Part shown: positions 28,501-45,266 of the stretch, one piece after another
Numbering within the stretch: position 1 is the stretch's first letter
Layout: each line of letters starts with the position of its first letter
Assembly (NCBI GenBank): GCA_051362555.1
Contig: CM120647.1
Location: 2,666,001-2,730,000, forward strand
Origin: Lingula anatina
Lineage: Eukaryota > Animalia > Brachiopoda
Direction: 5' to 3'
DNA: 64,000 bases
Notes under the pieces: generated by a model
The model's database searches: none
What the model saw: the letters and a program-made list of their open reading frames with translations, nothing else
Told to the model about the DNA's origin: nothing
Made by a program: the position numbers and the translations under genes

Positions 28501-31500
28501 CATGCAGAGTAATAGTAATGATTACAAACAGAGTGACAAAACTGACATACACATTTGCTCATCAACATCAAAAGTAAAGTAACGACACCAACGTATAATA
28601 CGTACAATAAATGGAATTGCAACAGTGACAACACAAATATGTACAGTAATGTTAATGATTACAAAGAAAAAAGAGGAGAAACAGAATAACACAGTGATCA
28701 TAATTATATGGAGACACAAACAGTAACAACACAAACAAACATAGTGATCAAAATAAATAAAAACATGTACATTGACAACAGTAACTCGCATCGTAATAAC
28801 AATGAACACAAGGAAAAAGAATGAAAACATAGCCTTACACAGTAATCATGATATTTACAAACACATTTAGTAACAATATAGAATAGACACTGAAAACATA
28901 ATATAAACAAACACATAGAAATGATTACAAAGAAATAGAGTGAAAAAACTAACAAACACATTGATCACAATAAATACAAACACGTACAGTGACGAGAGCA
29001 ACATGCATAGTAATGAAAATAATTACTATCAAACACAGTCATAATATAGACATACATAGTGATCAGAAAAAATTTGACATGTACAGTGACAATAGTAACG
29101 TGCACCATAATAATAAGAATGAACACAAGTAAAAAGATTGAAAACATAGCCGCACACAATCATCAAAATAATTACTAACAAACACAGTCATAATATAGAC
29201 ATACATAGTGATCAGAAAAAATTTGACATGTACAGTTAAAATAGTAACGTGCACCATAATAATAAGAATGAACACAAGCAAAAAGATTAAAAACATAGCC
29301 GCACACATTCAGCAAAATAATTACTAACAAACAATAACAATACAAACATACACAGTGATCAGAAAAAAAATTAACATGTACAGTGACAATAGTAACGTGC
29401 ACCATAATAATAAGAATGAACACAAGCAAAAAGATTGAAAACATAGCCACACACAGTCATCAAAATAATTACTAACAAACACAGTCACAATACAGACATA
29501 CACAGTGATCAGAAAAAATTTCACATGTACAGTGATAATAGTAACGTGCACCATAATAAGAATGATCACAAGCAAAAAGATTAAAAACATAGCCACACAC
29601 AGTCATCAAAATAATTACTTACAAACACAGTCACAATACAGACATACACAGTGATCAGAAAAAATTTTGACATGTACAGTGACAACAGTAACATGCACCA
29701 TAATAAGAATAAACACAAGGAAAAAGATTGAAAACAAAGCCCCACAGTCATCACAATTTGTACAAAGAACATTCAGTAACAATACAAAATAGGCACAGCA
29801 AACACAATTTAAACAGACACATAGACATACAGTGACAACCCCATCATGCAGAGTAATAGTAATGATTACAAACAGAGTGACAAAACTGACATACACATTC
29901 GCTCATCAATATCAAAAGTAAAGTAACGACACCAAAGTACATGGTGATCACAATAAATAGAATTGCAACAATGACAACACAAATATGTACAGTAATGTTA
30001 ATGATTACAAAGAAAAAAAGAGGAGAAACAGAATAACACAGTGATCATAATCATATGGAGACACAAACAGTAACAACACAAACAAACATAGTGATCAAAA
30101 TAAATGAAAACATGTACATTGACAACTCGCACCGTAATGACAATGAACACAAGGAAAAAGAGTGAAAACATAGCCCTATACAGTCATTACAATAAATACA
30201 AACACACTCAGTAACAATACAGAATAGACACAGCAAACAGAATATAAACAGACACACAGATATACGGTGCCAACAACATCATAGTAATGATAATAAACAA
30301 ATAGAGTGACAAAACCGACATACACAGTGATCACAATAAGTACAAACACCTACAGTGACAACAGCAACATGCACAGTAATGAAAATAATTACTAACAAAC
30401 ACAGTCACAATACAGACATACACAGTGATCAGAAAAAAATTTCACATGTACAGTGACAATAGTAACGTTCACCATAATAAGAATGATCACAAGCAAAAAG
30501 ATTGAAAACATAGCCGCACACAGTCATCAAAATAATTACTAACAAACACAGTCACAATACAGACATACACAGTGATCAGAAAAAAATTTGACATGTACAG
30601 TGACAACAGTAACATGCACCATAATAAGAATGAACACAAGGAAAAAAATTGAAAACAAAGCCACACACAGTCATCACAATAATTACTAACAAACACTGTC
30701 ACAATACAGATATACAAAGTGATCGGAAAAAATTTTGACATGTACAGTGACAATAGTAACGTGCACCATAATAAGAATGAACACAAGGAAAAAGATTGAA
30801 AACAAAGCCCCACTCAGTCATCACAATTTGTACAAAAACATTCAGTAATAATACAAAATAGGCACAGCAAACACAATTTAAACAGACACATAGACATACA
30901 GTGACAACCCCTCAGAGTAATAGTAATGATTACAAACAGAGTGACAAAACTGACATACACATTCGCTCATCAACATCAAAAGTAAAGTAACGACACCAAC
31001 GTACATGGTGATTACAATAAATGGAATTGCAACAGTGACAACACAAAAATGTACAGTAATGTTAATGATTACAAAGAAAAAAGAGGAGAAACAGAATAAC
31101 ATAGTGATCATAATTATATGGAGACACAAACAGTAACAACACAAACAAACATAGTGATCAAAATAAATATAAACATGTAAATTGACAACTAGCACCGTAA
31201 TGACAACGAACACAAGGAAAAAGAGTGAAAACATAGCCCTACACAGTCATCAGAATAATTACTAACAAACAGTCACAATATAGACATACACAGTGATCAG
31301 AAAAAATTTTGACATGTACAGTGACAATAGTAACATGCACCATAATAAGAATGAACACAAGGAAAAAGATTGAAAACAAAGCCCCACACAGTCATCACAA
31401 TTTGTACAAAAACATTCAGTAACAATACAAAATAGGCACAGCAAACACAATTTAAACAGACACATAGACATACAGTGACAACCCCATCATGTAAAGTAAT

Positions 31501-34500
31501 AGTAATGATTACAAACAGAGTGACAAAACTGACATACACATTCCCTCATCAACATCAAAAGTAAAGTAACAACACCAACGTACATGGTGATCACAATAAA
31601 TGGAATTGCAACAATGACAACACAAATATGTACAATAATGTTAATGATTACAAAGACAAAAGAGGAGAAACAGAATAACACAGTGATCATAATTATATGG
31701 AGACACAAACAGTAACAACACAAACAAACATAGTGATCAAAATAAATAAAAACATGTACATTGACAACAGTAACTTGCACTATAATGACAATGAACACAA
31801 GGAAAAAGAGTGAAAACATAGCCCAACACAGTCATTACAATAAATACAAACACATTCAGTAACAATACAGAATAGACACAGCAAACAGAATATAAACAGA
31901 CACACAGATATACGGTGCCAACAACATCATAGTAATGATAATAAACAAATAGAGTGACAAAACCAACATACACAGTGATCACAATAAGTACAAACACGTA
32001 CAGTGACAACAGCAACATACACAGTAATGAAAATAATTACTATCAAACACAGTCACAATATAGACATACACAGTGATAAGAAAAAAATTTGACATGTACA
32101 GTGACAATAGTAACGTGCACCATAATAAGAATGAACACAAGCAAAATGATTAATAACATAGCAGAACACAGTCATCAAAATAATTACTAACAAAAACAGT
32201 CACAAAACAGACATACACAGTGATCAGAAAAAATTTTGACATGTACAGTGACAACAGTACCATGCACCATAATAAGAATGAACACAAGGAAAAAGATTGA
32301 AAATAAAGCCCCACACAGTCATCACAATTTGTACAAAAACATTCAGTAACAATACAAAATAGGCACAGCAAACACAATTTAAACAGATACATAGACATAC
32401 AGTGACAACCCCATCATGCAGAGTAATAGTAATGATTACAAACAGAGTGACAAAACTGACATACACATTCGCTCATCAACATCAAAAGTAAAGTAACAAC
32501 ACCAACGTACATGGTGATCACAATAAATGGAATTGCAACAATGACAACACAAATATGTACAATAATGTTAATGATTACAAAGACAAAAGAGGAGAAACAG
32601 AATAACACAGTGATCATAATTATATGGAGACACAAACAGTAACAACACAAACAAACATAGTGATCAAAATAAATTTAAACATGTATATTGTTGCATAGAA
32701 ATGAGCACCGAAATGACAATAAACACAAGAAAAAAGAGTGAAAACATAGCCCTACACAGTCATTACAATATATACAAACACATTCAGTAACAATACAGAA
32801 TAGAAAAAGCAAACAGAAAACATATAACAGACACATAGACATACATTGACAACACCATCATTCAGCGCAATAGTGATGATAACAAACAAATAGAGTGACA
32901 AAACTGACGTACACAATGCTCACAATAAATACAAGCACGTACAGTAACAACACAAACATGCACAGTCATCAAAATGAATATTAATATATACAGTGACAAC
33001 AATAATGTGCAATGTAATGACAATGAACACCAAGAAAAAGAGTGAAAACATAGACCTACACAGTCATCACAATATATACAAACACATTCAGAAACAATAT
33101 AGAATAGACACAAAAAACAGAATATAAAGAAACACATAGACATACAGTGACAACACCATCATTCAGTGCAACAGTAATGATTACAAACAAAGAGTGACAA
33201 AACTTACATACACAGTGCTCACAATATACACAAACATCAACAGTATTGACGCTAACATACATGTTGATCACAATAAATAGAATTGCAACAATGACAGCAC
33301 AAATATGTACAGTAATGTTAATAATTACAAAGAAAAAAGAGGAGAAACAGAATAACACAGTGATCATAATTATATGCAGACACAAACAGTAACAACACAA
33401 ACAAACACAGTAATCAAAATAAGTATTAACATGTACATTGTCAACAGTAACTTGCACCATAATGACAATGAACATAAGGAAAAAGAGTGAAAACATAGCC
33501 CAACACAGTCATTACAATAAATACAAACACATTCAGTAACAATACAGAATAGACACAGCAAACAGAATATAAACAGACACACAGATATACAGTGACAACA
33601 ACATCATAGTAATGATAATAAACAAATAGAGTGACAAAACCAACATACACAGTGATCACAATAAGTATAAACACGTACAGTGACAACAACAACATGCACA
33701 GTAATGAAAATAATTACTAACAAACACTGTCACAATACAGACATACACAGTGATCAGAAAAAATTCTGACATGTACAGTGACAATAGTAACGTGCACCAT
33801 AATAAGAATAAACACAAGCAAAAAGATTGAAAACATAGCCGCACACAGTCATCAAAACAATTACTAACAAACAGTCACAATACAGACATACACAGTGATT
33901 AGAATAAAATTTGACATGTACAGTGACAATAGCACCATGCACCATAATTAGAATAAACACAAGGAAAAAGATTGAAAATAAAGCCCCACACAGTCATCAC
34001 AATTTGTACAAAAACACTCAGTAACAATACAAAATGGGCACAGCAAACACAATTTAAACAGACACATAGACATACAGTGACAATGCCATCATGCAGAGTA
34101 ATAGTAATGATTACAAACAGAGTGACAAAACTGACATACACATTCCCTCATCAACATCAAAAGTAAAGTAACAACACCAACGTACATGGTGATCACAATA
34201 AATGGAATTGCAACAATGACAACACAAATATGTACAATAATGTTAATGATTACAAAGACAAAAGAGGAGAAACAGAATAACACAGTGATCATAATTATAT
34301 GGAGACACAAACAGTAACAACACAAACAAACATAGTGATCAAAATAAATAAAAACATGTACATTGACAACAGTAACTTGCACTATAATGACAATGAACAC
34401 AAGGAAAAAGAGTGAAAACATAGCCCAACACAGTCATTACAATAAATACAAACACATTCAGTAACAATACAGAATAGACACAGCAAACAGAATATAAACA

Positions 34501-36259
34501 GACAAACAGATATACGGTGCCAACAACATCATAGTAATGCTAATAAACAAATAGAGTGACAAAACCAACATACACAGTGATCACAATAAGTATAAACACG
34601 GACAGTGACAACAGCAACATACACAGTAATGAAAACAATTACTATCAAACACAGTCACAATATATAGTCATACACAGTGATAAGAAAAAAATTTGACATG
34701 TACAGTGACAATAGTAACGTGCACCATAATAAGAATGAACACAAGCAAAAAGATTAATAACATAGCAGAACACAGTCATCAAAATAATTACTAACAAACA
34801 CAGTCACAATACAAACATACACAGTGATCAGAAAAAAATTTGACATGTACAGTGAGAATAGTAACGTGCACCATAATAAGAATGAACACAAGCAAAAAGA
34901 TTAATAACATAGCAGAACACAGTCATCAAAATAATTACTAACAAACAGTCACAATACAGACATACACAGTGATCAGAAAAAATTTTGACATGTACAGTGA
35001 CAACAGTACCATGCACCATAATAAGAATGAACACAAGGAAAAAAATTGAAAATAAAGCCCCACACAGTCATCACAATTTGTACAAAAACATTCAGTAACA
35101 ATACAAAATAGGCACAGCAAACACAATTTAAACAGATACATAGACATACAGTGACAACCCCATCATGCAGAGTAATAGTAATGATTACAAACAGAGTGAC
35201 AAAACTGACATACACATTTGCTCATCAACATCAAAAGTAAAGTAACGACACCAACGTATAATACGTACAATAAATGGAATTGCAACAGTGACAACACAAA
35301 TATGTACAGTAATTAATGATTACAAAGAAAAAAGAGGAGAAACAGAATAACACAGTGATCATAATTATATGGAGATACAAACAGTAACAACACAAACAAA
35401 CATAGTGATCAAAATAAATAAAAACATGTACATTGGCAACAGTAACTCGCACCGTAATAACAATGAACACAAGGAAAAAGAATGAAAACATAGCCTTACA
35501 CAGTTATCATAATATATACAAACACATTTAGTAACAATATAGAATAGACACAGAAAACATAATATAAACAAACACATAGAAATGATTACAAACAAATAGA
35601 GTGAGAAAACTAACAAACACATTGATCATAATAAATACAAACACGTACAGTGACAAGAGCAACATGCACAGTACTACAAATAATTACTATCAAACACAGT
35701 CACAATACAGACATACACAGTAATCAGAAAAATATTTGACATGTACAGTGACAATAGTAACGTGCACCATAATAATAATAAGAATAAACACAAGCAAAAA
35801 GATTAAAAACATAGTCGCACACAGTCATCAAAATAATTACTAACAAACACAGTCACAATACAGACATACACAATGATCAGAAAAAAATTTGACATGTACA
35901 GTGACAAAAATAACGTGCACCATAATAAGAATGAACACAAGCAAAAAGATTAAAAACATAGCAGCACAGTCATCAAAATAATTACTATCAAACACAGTCA
36001 CAATACAGACATACACAGTGATCAGAAAAAATATTGACATGTACAGCGACAATAGTAACGTGCACCATAATAATAATAAGAATGAACACAAGCAAAAAGA
36101 TTAAAAAACATAGCCGCACACAGTCATCAAAATAATTACTAACAAACACAGTCACAATACAGACATACACAGTGATCAGAAAAAATTTTGACATGTACAG
36201 TGACAACAGTACCATGCACCATAATAAGAATGAACACAAGGAAAAGGATTGAAAATAAA

Positions 36260-39200
36260 GCCCCACACAGTCATCACAATTTGTACAAAAACATTCAGTA
36301 ACAATACAAAATAGGCACAGCAAACACAATTTAAACAGATACATAGACATACAGTGACAACCCCATCATGCAGAGTAATAGTAATGATTACAAACAGAGT
36401 GACAAAACTGACATACACATTTGCTCATCAACATCAAAAGTAAAGTAACGACACCAACGTATAATACGTACAATAAATGGAATTGCAACAGTGACAACAC
36501 AAATATGTACAGTAATGTTAATGATTACAAAGAAAAAAAGAGTACAAACACACTTATACAGTGGTCAGATTTATATGCAGACACAAACAGTAACAACAGA
36601 AACAAACAAAGTGCTCAAAATAAATTTAAACATGTATATTGTTGCATAGAAATGAGCACCGAAATGACAATAAACACAAGAAAAAAGAGTGAAAACATAG
36701 CCCTACACAGTCAATACAATATATACAAACACATTCAGTAACAATACAGAATAGAAACAGCAAACAGAATATTTATAACAGACACATAGACATACATTGA
36801 CAACACCATCATTCAGCACAATAGTAATGATAACAAACAAATAGAGTGACAAAACTGACGTACACAATGCTCACAATAAATACAAGCACGTACAGTAACA
36901 ACACAAACATGCACAGTCATCAAAATGAATATTAATATATACAGTGACAACAATAATGTGCAATGTAATGACAATGAACACAAGGAAAAAGAGTGAAAAC
37001 ATAGACCTACACAGTCATCACAATATATACAAACATATTCAGAAACAATATAGAATAGACACAAAAAACAGAATATAAAGAAACACATAGATATACAGTG
37101 ACAACACCATCATTCAGTGCAACAGTAATGATTACAAACAAAGAGTGACAAAACTTACATACACAGTGCTCACAATATACACAAACATCAACAGTATTGA
37201 CGCTAACATACATGTTGATCACAATTAATAGAATTGCAACAATGACAGCACAAATATGTAAAGTAATGTTAATAATTACAAAGAAAAAAGAGGAGAAACA
37301 GAATAACACAGTGATCATAATTATATGCAGACACAAACAGTAACAACACAAACAAACACAGTAATCAAAATAAGTATTAACATGTACATTGTCAACAGTA
37401 ACTTGCACCATAATGACAATGAACATAAGGAAAAAGAGTGAAAACATAGCCCAACACAGTCATTACAATAAATACAAACACATTCAGTAACAATACAGAA
37501 TAGACACAGCAAACAGAATATAAACAGACACACAGATATACGGTGACAACGACATCATAGTAATGATTACAAACAAATAGAGTGACAAAACTAACATACA
37601 CAGTGATCACAATATATACAAACACATACAGTGACAACAGCAACATGCACAGTAATTGAAATGATTACTAAAAAACACTGTCACAATACAGACATACACA
37701 GTGATTAGAAAAAAATTGACATGTACAGTGATATCAGTAACTTGCACAGAAAAGAGAATGAACACAGGGAAAAAGAGTGAAAAAAAAAATAGCCGTAGAC
37801 AGTCATCCCAATATGTACAAACACATTCAGTAACAATATAGAATAGACACAGAAAACAGGATAAGAAACAAACACATAGACATACATTGACAAAAACATC
37901 ATTTAGTGCAAAGTACATAAACAGTAATGATTACAAACAAAAGAGTGACAAAACTGATGTACACAGTGCTCACAATAAATACAAGCACGTACAGTAACAA
38001 CAAAAGAGTGAAAACATAGCCCTACACAGTCATTACAATAAATACAAACACATTCAGTAACAATACAGAATAGAAACAGCAAACTGAATACATATAACAG
38101 ACACATAGACATACATTGACAACACCATCATTCAGCGCTATAGTAATGATAACAAACAAATAGAGTGACAAAACAGACGTACACAGTGCTTACAATATAT
38201 ACAAACATCAACAGTAATGATGCTAACATACTTGTTGATCACAATTAATAGAATTGCAACAATGACAGCACAAATATGTACAGTAATGTAAATGATTACG
38301 AAGAAAAAAAAGTACAAACAGACTTATACAGTGATCAGATTTATATGCAGACACAAACAGTAACAACACAAACAAACACAGTGATCAATATAAATATAAA
38401 CATGTACATTGATAACAGTAACTAGCACCATAATGACAATGAACATAAGGAAAAAGAGTGAAAATATAGCCCAACAGTCATTACAATAAATACAAACACA
38501 TTCAGTAACAATACAGAATAGACACAGCAAACAGAATATAACAGACACACAGATATACAGTGACAACAACATCATAGTAATGATAATAAACAATCAGAGT
38601 GACAAAATCAACATACACAGTAATCACAATAAGTACAAACACGTACAGTGACAACAGCAACATGCACAGTAATGAATATAATTACTAACAAACACTGTCA
38701 CAATACAGATGTACACAGTGATCAGAAAAAATTTTGACATGTACAGTGACAATTGTAACATGCATCATAATTAGAATGAACACAAGCAAAAAGATTGAAA
38801 ACATAGCCGCACACGGTCATCAAAATAATTACTAACAAACAGTCACAATACAGACATACACAGTGATCAGAAAAAAATTTTTGACATATACAGTGACAAT
38901 AGTAACATTCACTATAATAAGAAAGATCACCAGCAAAAAGATTGAAAACATAGCCGCAAACAGTCATGAAAATAATTACTAACAAACAGTCACAATACAA
39001 ACATACACAGTGATCAGAAAAAAATTTGACATGTACAGTGACAATAGTAACGTGCACCATAATAATAAGAATGAACACAAGCAAAAAGATTGAAAACATA
39101 GCCGCACACAGTCATCAAAATAATTACTAACAAACACAGTCACAATACAGACATACACAGTGATCAGAAAAAAATTTGACATGTACAGTGACAATAGTAA

Positions 39201-42200
39201 CGTGCACCATAATAAGAATGATCACAAGCAAAAAGATTGAAAACATAGCTGCACACAGTCATCAAAATAATTACTAACAAACTATAACAATACAAACATA
39301 CACAGTGATCAGAAAAAATTTAACATGTACAGTGATAATAGTAACGTGCACCATAATAAGAATGATCACAAGCAAAAAGATTGAAAACATAGTCGCACAC
39401 AGTCATCAAAATAATTACTAACAAACACAGTCACAATACAGACATACACAGTGATCAGAAAAAATTTTGACATGTACAGTAACAACAATAACATGCACCA
39501 TAATAAGAATAAACACAAGGAAAAAGATTGAAAACAAAGCCCCACACAGTCATCACAATTTGTACAAAAACATTCAGTAACAATACAAAATAGGCACAGC
39601 AAACACAATTTAAACAGATACATAGACATACAGTGACAACCCCATCATGCAGAGTAATAGTAATGATTACAAACAGAGTGACAAAACTGACATACACATT
39701 TGCTCATCAACATCAAAAGTAAAGTAACGACACCAACGTATAATACGTACAATAAATGGAATTGCAACAGTGACAACACAAATATGTACAGTAATGTTAA
39801 TGATTACAAAGAAAAAAAAGAGTACAAACACACTTATACAGTGGTCAGATTTATATGCAGACACAAACAGTAACAACAGAAACAAACAAAGTGCTCAAAA
39901 TAAATTTAAACATGTATATTGTTGCATAGAAATGAGCACCGAAATGACAATAAACACAAGAAAAAAGAGTGAAAACATAGCCCTACACAGTCATTACAAT
40001 ATATACAAACACATTCAGTAACAATACAGAATAGAAACAGCAAACAGAATATTTATAACAGACACATAGACATACATTGACAACACCATCATTCAGCACA
40101 ATAGTAATGATAACAAACAAATAGTGACAAAACTGACGTACACAATGCTCACATTAAATACAAGCACGTACAGTAACAACACAAACAAGCACAGTCATCA
40201 AAATGAATATTAATATATACAGTGATAACAATAATGTGCAATGTAATGACAATGAACACCAAGAAAAAGAGTGAAAACATAGACCTACACAGTCATCACA
40301 ATATATACAAACACATTCAGAAACAATATAGAATAGACACAAAAAACAGAATATAAAGAAACACATAGACATACAGTGACAACACCATCATTCAGTGCAA
40401 CAGTAATGATTACAAACAAAGAGTGACAAAACTTACATACACAGTGCTCACAATATACACAAACATCAACAGTATTGACGCTAACATACATGTTGATCAC
40501 AATTAATAGAATTGCAACAATGACAGCACAAATATGTAAAGTAATGTTAATAATTACAAAGAAAAAAGAGGAGAAACAGAATAACACAGTGATCATAATT
40601 ATATGCAGACACAAACAGTAACAACACAAACAAACACAGTAATCAAAATAAGTATTAACATGTACATTGTCAACAGTAACTTGCACCATAATGACAATGA
40701 ACATAAGGAAAAAGAGTGAAAACATAGCCCAACACAGTCATTACAATAAATACAAACACATTCAGTAACAATACAGAATAGACACAGCAAACAGAATATA
40801 AACAGACACACAGATATACGGTGACAACGACATCATAGTAATGATTACAAACAAATAGAGTGACAAAACTAACATACACAGTGATCACAATATATACAAA
40901 CACATACAGTGACAACAGCAACATGCACAGTAATTGAAATGATTACTAAAAAACACTGTCACAATACAGACATACACAGTGATTAGAAAAAAATTGACAT
41001 GTACAGTGATATCAGTAACTTGCACAGAAAAGAGAATGAACACAGGGAAAAAGAGTGAAAAAAAAAAATAGCCGTAGACAGTCATCCCAATATGTACAAA
41101 CACATTCAGTAACAATATAGAATAGACACAGAAAACAGGATAAGAAACAAACACATAGACATACATTGACAAAAACATCATTTAGTGCAAAGTACATAAA
41201 CAGTAATGATTACAAACAAAAGAGTGACAAAACTGATGTACACAGTGCTCACAATAAATACAAGCACGTACAGTAACAACAAAAGAGTGAAAACATAGCC
41301 CTACACAGTCATTACAATAAATACAAACACATTCAGTAACAATACAGAATAGAAACAGCAAACTGAATACATATAACAGACACATAGACATACATTGACA
41401 ACACCATCATTCAGCGCTATAGTAATGATAACAAACAAATAGAGTGACAAAACAGACGTACACAGTGCTTACAATATATACAAACATCAACAGTAATGAT
41501 GCTAACATACTTGTTGATCACAATTAATAGAATTGCAACAATGACAGCACAAATATGTACAGTAATGTAAATGATTACGAAGAAAAAAAAGTACAAACAG
41601 ACTTATACAGTGATCAGATTTATATGCAGACACAAACAGTAACAACACAAACAAACACAGTGATCAATATAAATATAAACATGTACATTGATAACAGTAA
41701 CTAGCACCATAATGACAATGAACATAAGGAAAAAGAGTGAAAATATAGCCCAACAGTCATTACAATAAATACAAACACATTCAGTAACAATACAGAATAG
41801 ACACAGCAAACAGAATATAACAGACACACAGATATACAGTGACAACAACATCATAGTAATGATAATAAACAATCAGAGTGACAAAATCAACATACACAGT
41901 AATCACAATAAGTACAAACACGTACAGTGACAACAGCAACATGCACAGTAATGAATATAATTACTAACAAACACTGTCACAATACAGATGTACACAGTGA
42001 TCAGAAAAAATTTTGACATGTACAGTGACAATTGTAACATGCATCATAATTAGAATGAACACAAGCAAAAAGATTGAAAACATAGCCGCACACGGTCATC
42101 AAAATAATTACTAACAAACAGTCACAATACAGACATACACAGTGATCAGAAAAAAATTTTTGACATATACAGTGACAATAGTAACATTCACTATAATAAG

Positions 42201-42438
42201 AAAGATCACCAGCAAAAAGATTGAAAACATAGCCGCAAACAGTCATGAAAATAATTACTAACAAACAGTCACAATACAAACATACACAGTGATCAGAAAA
42301 AAATTTGACATGTACAGTGACAATAGTAACGTGCACCATAATAATAAGAATGAACACAAGCAAAAAGATTGAAAACATAGCCGCACACAGTCATCAAAAT
42401 AATTACTAACAAACACAGTCACAATACAGACATACACA
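36260..42438. repeat. Duplication with a ~3,279-bp period (~36,260-39,160 and ~39,540-42,438)
   Basis: ORF offsets are 3,278-3,279 (37007/40285, 38324/41603, 38722/42001). The copies share private variants such as CAGCGCTATAG and GAAAGATCACCAGC. Confidence 0.9.
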
Positions 42439-43519
42439 ATTATCAGAAAAAAATTTGACATGTACACTGACAAAAGTAACGTGCACCATAATAAGAATGA
42501 ACACAAGCAAAAAGATTAAAAACATAGCAGCACAGTCATCAAAACAATTACTAACAAACACAGTCACAATACAGACATACACAGTGATCAGAAAAAAATT
42601 TGACATGTACAGTGACAATAGTAACGTGCACCATAATAATAATAAGAATGAACACAAGCAAAAAGATTGAAAACATAGCCGCACACAGTCATAAAAATAA
42701 TTACCAACAAACACAGTCACAATACAGACATACACAGTGATCAGAAAAAAATTTGACATGTACAGTGACAACAGCACCATGCACCATAATAAGAATGAAC
42801 ACAAGGAAAAGGATTGAAAATAAAGCCCCACACAGTCATCACAATTTGTACAAAAACATTCAGTAACAATACAAAATAGGCACAGCAAACACAATTTAAA
42901 CAGATACATAGACATACAGTGACAACCCCATCATGCGGAGTAATAGTAATGATTACAAACAGAGTGACAAAACTGACATACACATTCCCTCATCAACATC
43001 AAAAGTAAAGTAACGACACCAACGTATAATACGTACAATAAATGGAATTGCAACAGTGACAACACAAATATGTACAGTAATGTTAATGATTACAAAGAAA
43101 AAAAAGAGTACAAACACACTTATACAGTGATCAGATTTATATGCAGACACAAACAGTAACAACACAAACAAACATAGTGATCAAACACAAACATGCACAG
43201 TCATCAAAATGAATATTAATATATACAGTGACAACAATAATGTGCAATTTAATGACAATGAACACCAAGAAAAAGAGTGAAAACATAGACCTACACAGTC
43301 ATCACAATATATACAAACACATTCAGAAACAATATAGAATAGACACAAAAAACAGAATATAAAGAAACACATAGACATACAGTGACAACACCATCATTCA
43401 GTGCAACAGTAATGATTACAAACAAAGAGTGACAAAACTTACATACACAGTGCTCACAATATACACAAACATCAACAGTATTGACGCTAACATACATGTT
43501 GATCACAATAAATAGAATT

Positions 43520-44008
43520 TTTTTTTTTTTTTTTTTTTTTTTGCATTTATTCACTCAAAAAAAAAGAAAATATACATATATAATAAAATATTTAAGCAGA
43601 TAATCAAAGATTGAAAGATTAAATGCATGTAATACAATGCTGGTGATAATTACGGTAATTAAATACTAATAGATAAATAAAAAGATCATAAATATATAGA
43701 TTTGCTCTCACTCACTCATCCATCCATACATACTACGCGTATGCAGGCTTGTTGTGAGCTACATCTCGGCAACTATAACATATATAATGAAATATTTAGA
43801 CAGAAAATCAAAGATTAAATGCATATGATACTGATAATAATTACGGTAATTAAATACTGATAAATAAATAAGAACATAAATATATAGACTTACTTTCACT
43901 CACTCATCTGTCCATACATACTACACGTATACATGCTTGTTGTGAACTACATAACGGCAACTATAGCGTACTAGAGGTGAAAATTTTAACACGTTATGGT
44001 AGGAATGC
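43520..44008 (-). mobile_element. Antisense poly(A)-tailed retro-insertion, non-coding, with an internal ~190-bp dimer and an 8-bp TSD
   Basis: Poly(T) at 43520-43542 is followed by GCATTTATTCAC, which gives AATAAA on the minus strand just before the poly(A). TSD ATAGAATT lies at 43512-43519 and 44009-44016. The empty site ATAGAATTGCAAC is common in the array. Confidence 0.85.
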
Positions 44009-45266
44009 ATAGAATTGCAACAATGACAGCACAAATATGTACAGTAATGTAAATGATTACAAAGAAAAAAAAGTACAAACAGACTTATACAGTGATCAGA
44101 TTTATATGCAGACACAAACAGTAACAACACAAACAAACACAGTGATCAATATAAATATAAACATGTACATTGTCAACAGTAACTTGCACCATAATGACAA
44201 TGAACATAAGGAAAAAGAGTGAAAACATAGCCCAACACAGTCATTACAATAAATACAAACACATTCAGTAACAATACAGAATAGACACAGCAAACAGAAT
44301 ATAAACAGACACACAGATATACAGTGACAACAACATCATAGTAATGATAATAAACAATCAGAGTGACAAAATCAACATACACAGTAATCACAATAAGTAC
44401 AAACACGTACAGTGACAACAGCAACATGCACAGTAATGAATATAATTACTAACAAACACTATCACAATGCAGACGTACACAGTGATCAGAAAAAATGTTG
44501 ACATGTACAGTGACAATAGTAACGTGCACCATAATAATAAGAATTAACACAAGCAAAAAGATTGAAAACATAGCCGCACACACTCATCAAAATAATAACT
44601 AACAAACACAGTCACAATACAGATATACACAGTGATCAGAAAAAAATTTGACATGTACAGTTACAATAGTAACGTGCACCATAATAATAAGAATGATCAC
44701 AAGCAAAAAGATTGAAAACATAGCTGCACACAGTCATCAAAATAATAACTTACAAACACAGTCACAATACAGATATACACAGTGATCAGAAAAAAATTTG
44801 ACATGTACAGTTACAATAGTAACGTGCACCATAATAATAAGAATGAACACAAGCAAAAAGATTAAAAACATAGCCGCACACAGTCAGCAAAATAATTACT
44901 AACAAACTATAACAATACAAACATACACAGTGATCAGAAAAAAATTTAACATGTACAGTGACAATAGTAACGTGCACCATAATAATAAGAATGAACACAA
45001 GCAAAAAGATTGAAAACATAGCCGCACACAGTCATCAAAATAATTACCAACAAACACAGTCACAATACAGACATACACAGTGATCAGAAAAAATTTTGAC
45101 ATGTACAGTGACAACAGTACCATGCACCATAATAAGAATAAACACAAGGAAAAAGATTGAAAACAAAGCCCCACACAGTCATCACAATTTGTACAAAAAC
45201 ATTTAGTAACAATACAAAATAGGCACAGCAAACACAATTTAAACAGACACATAGACATACAGTGAC

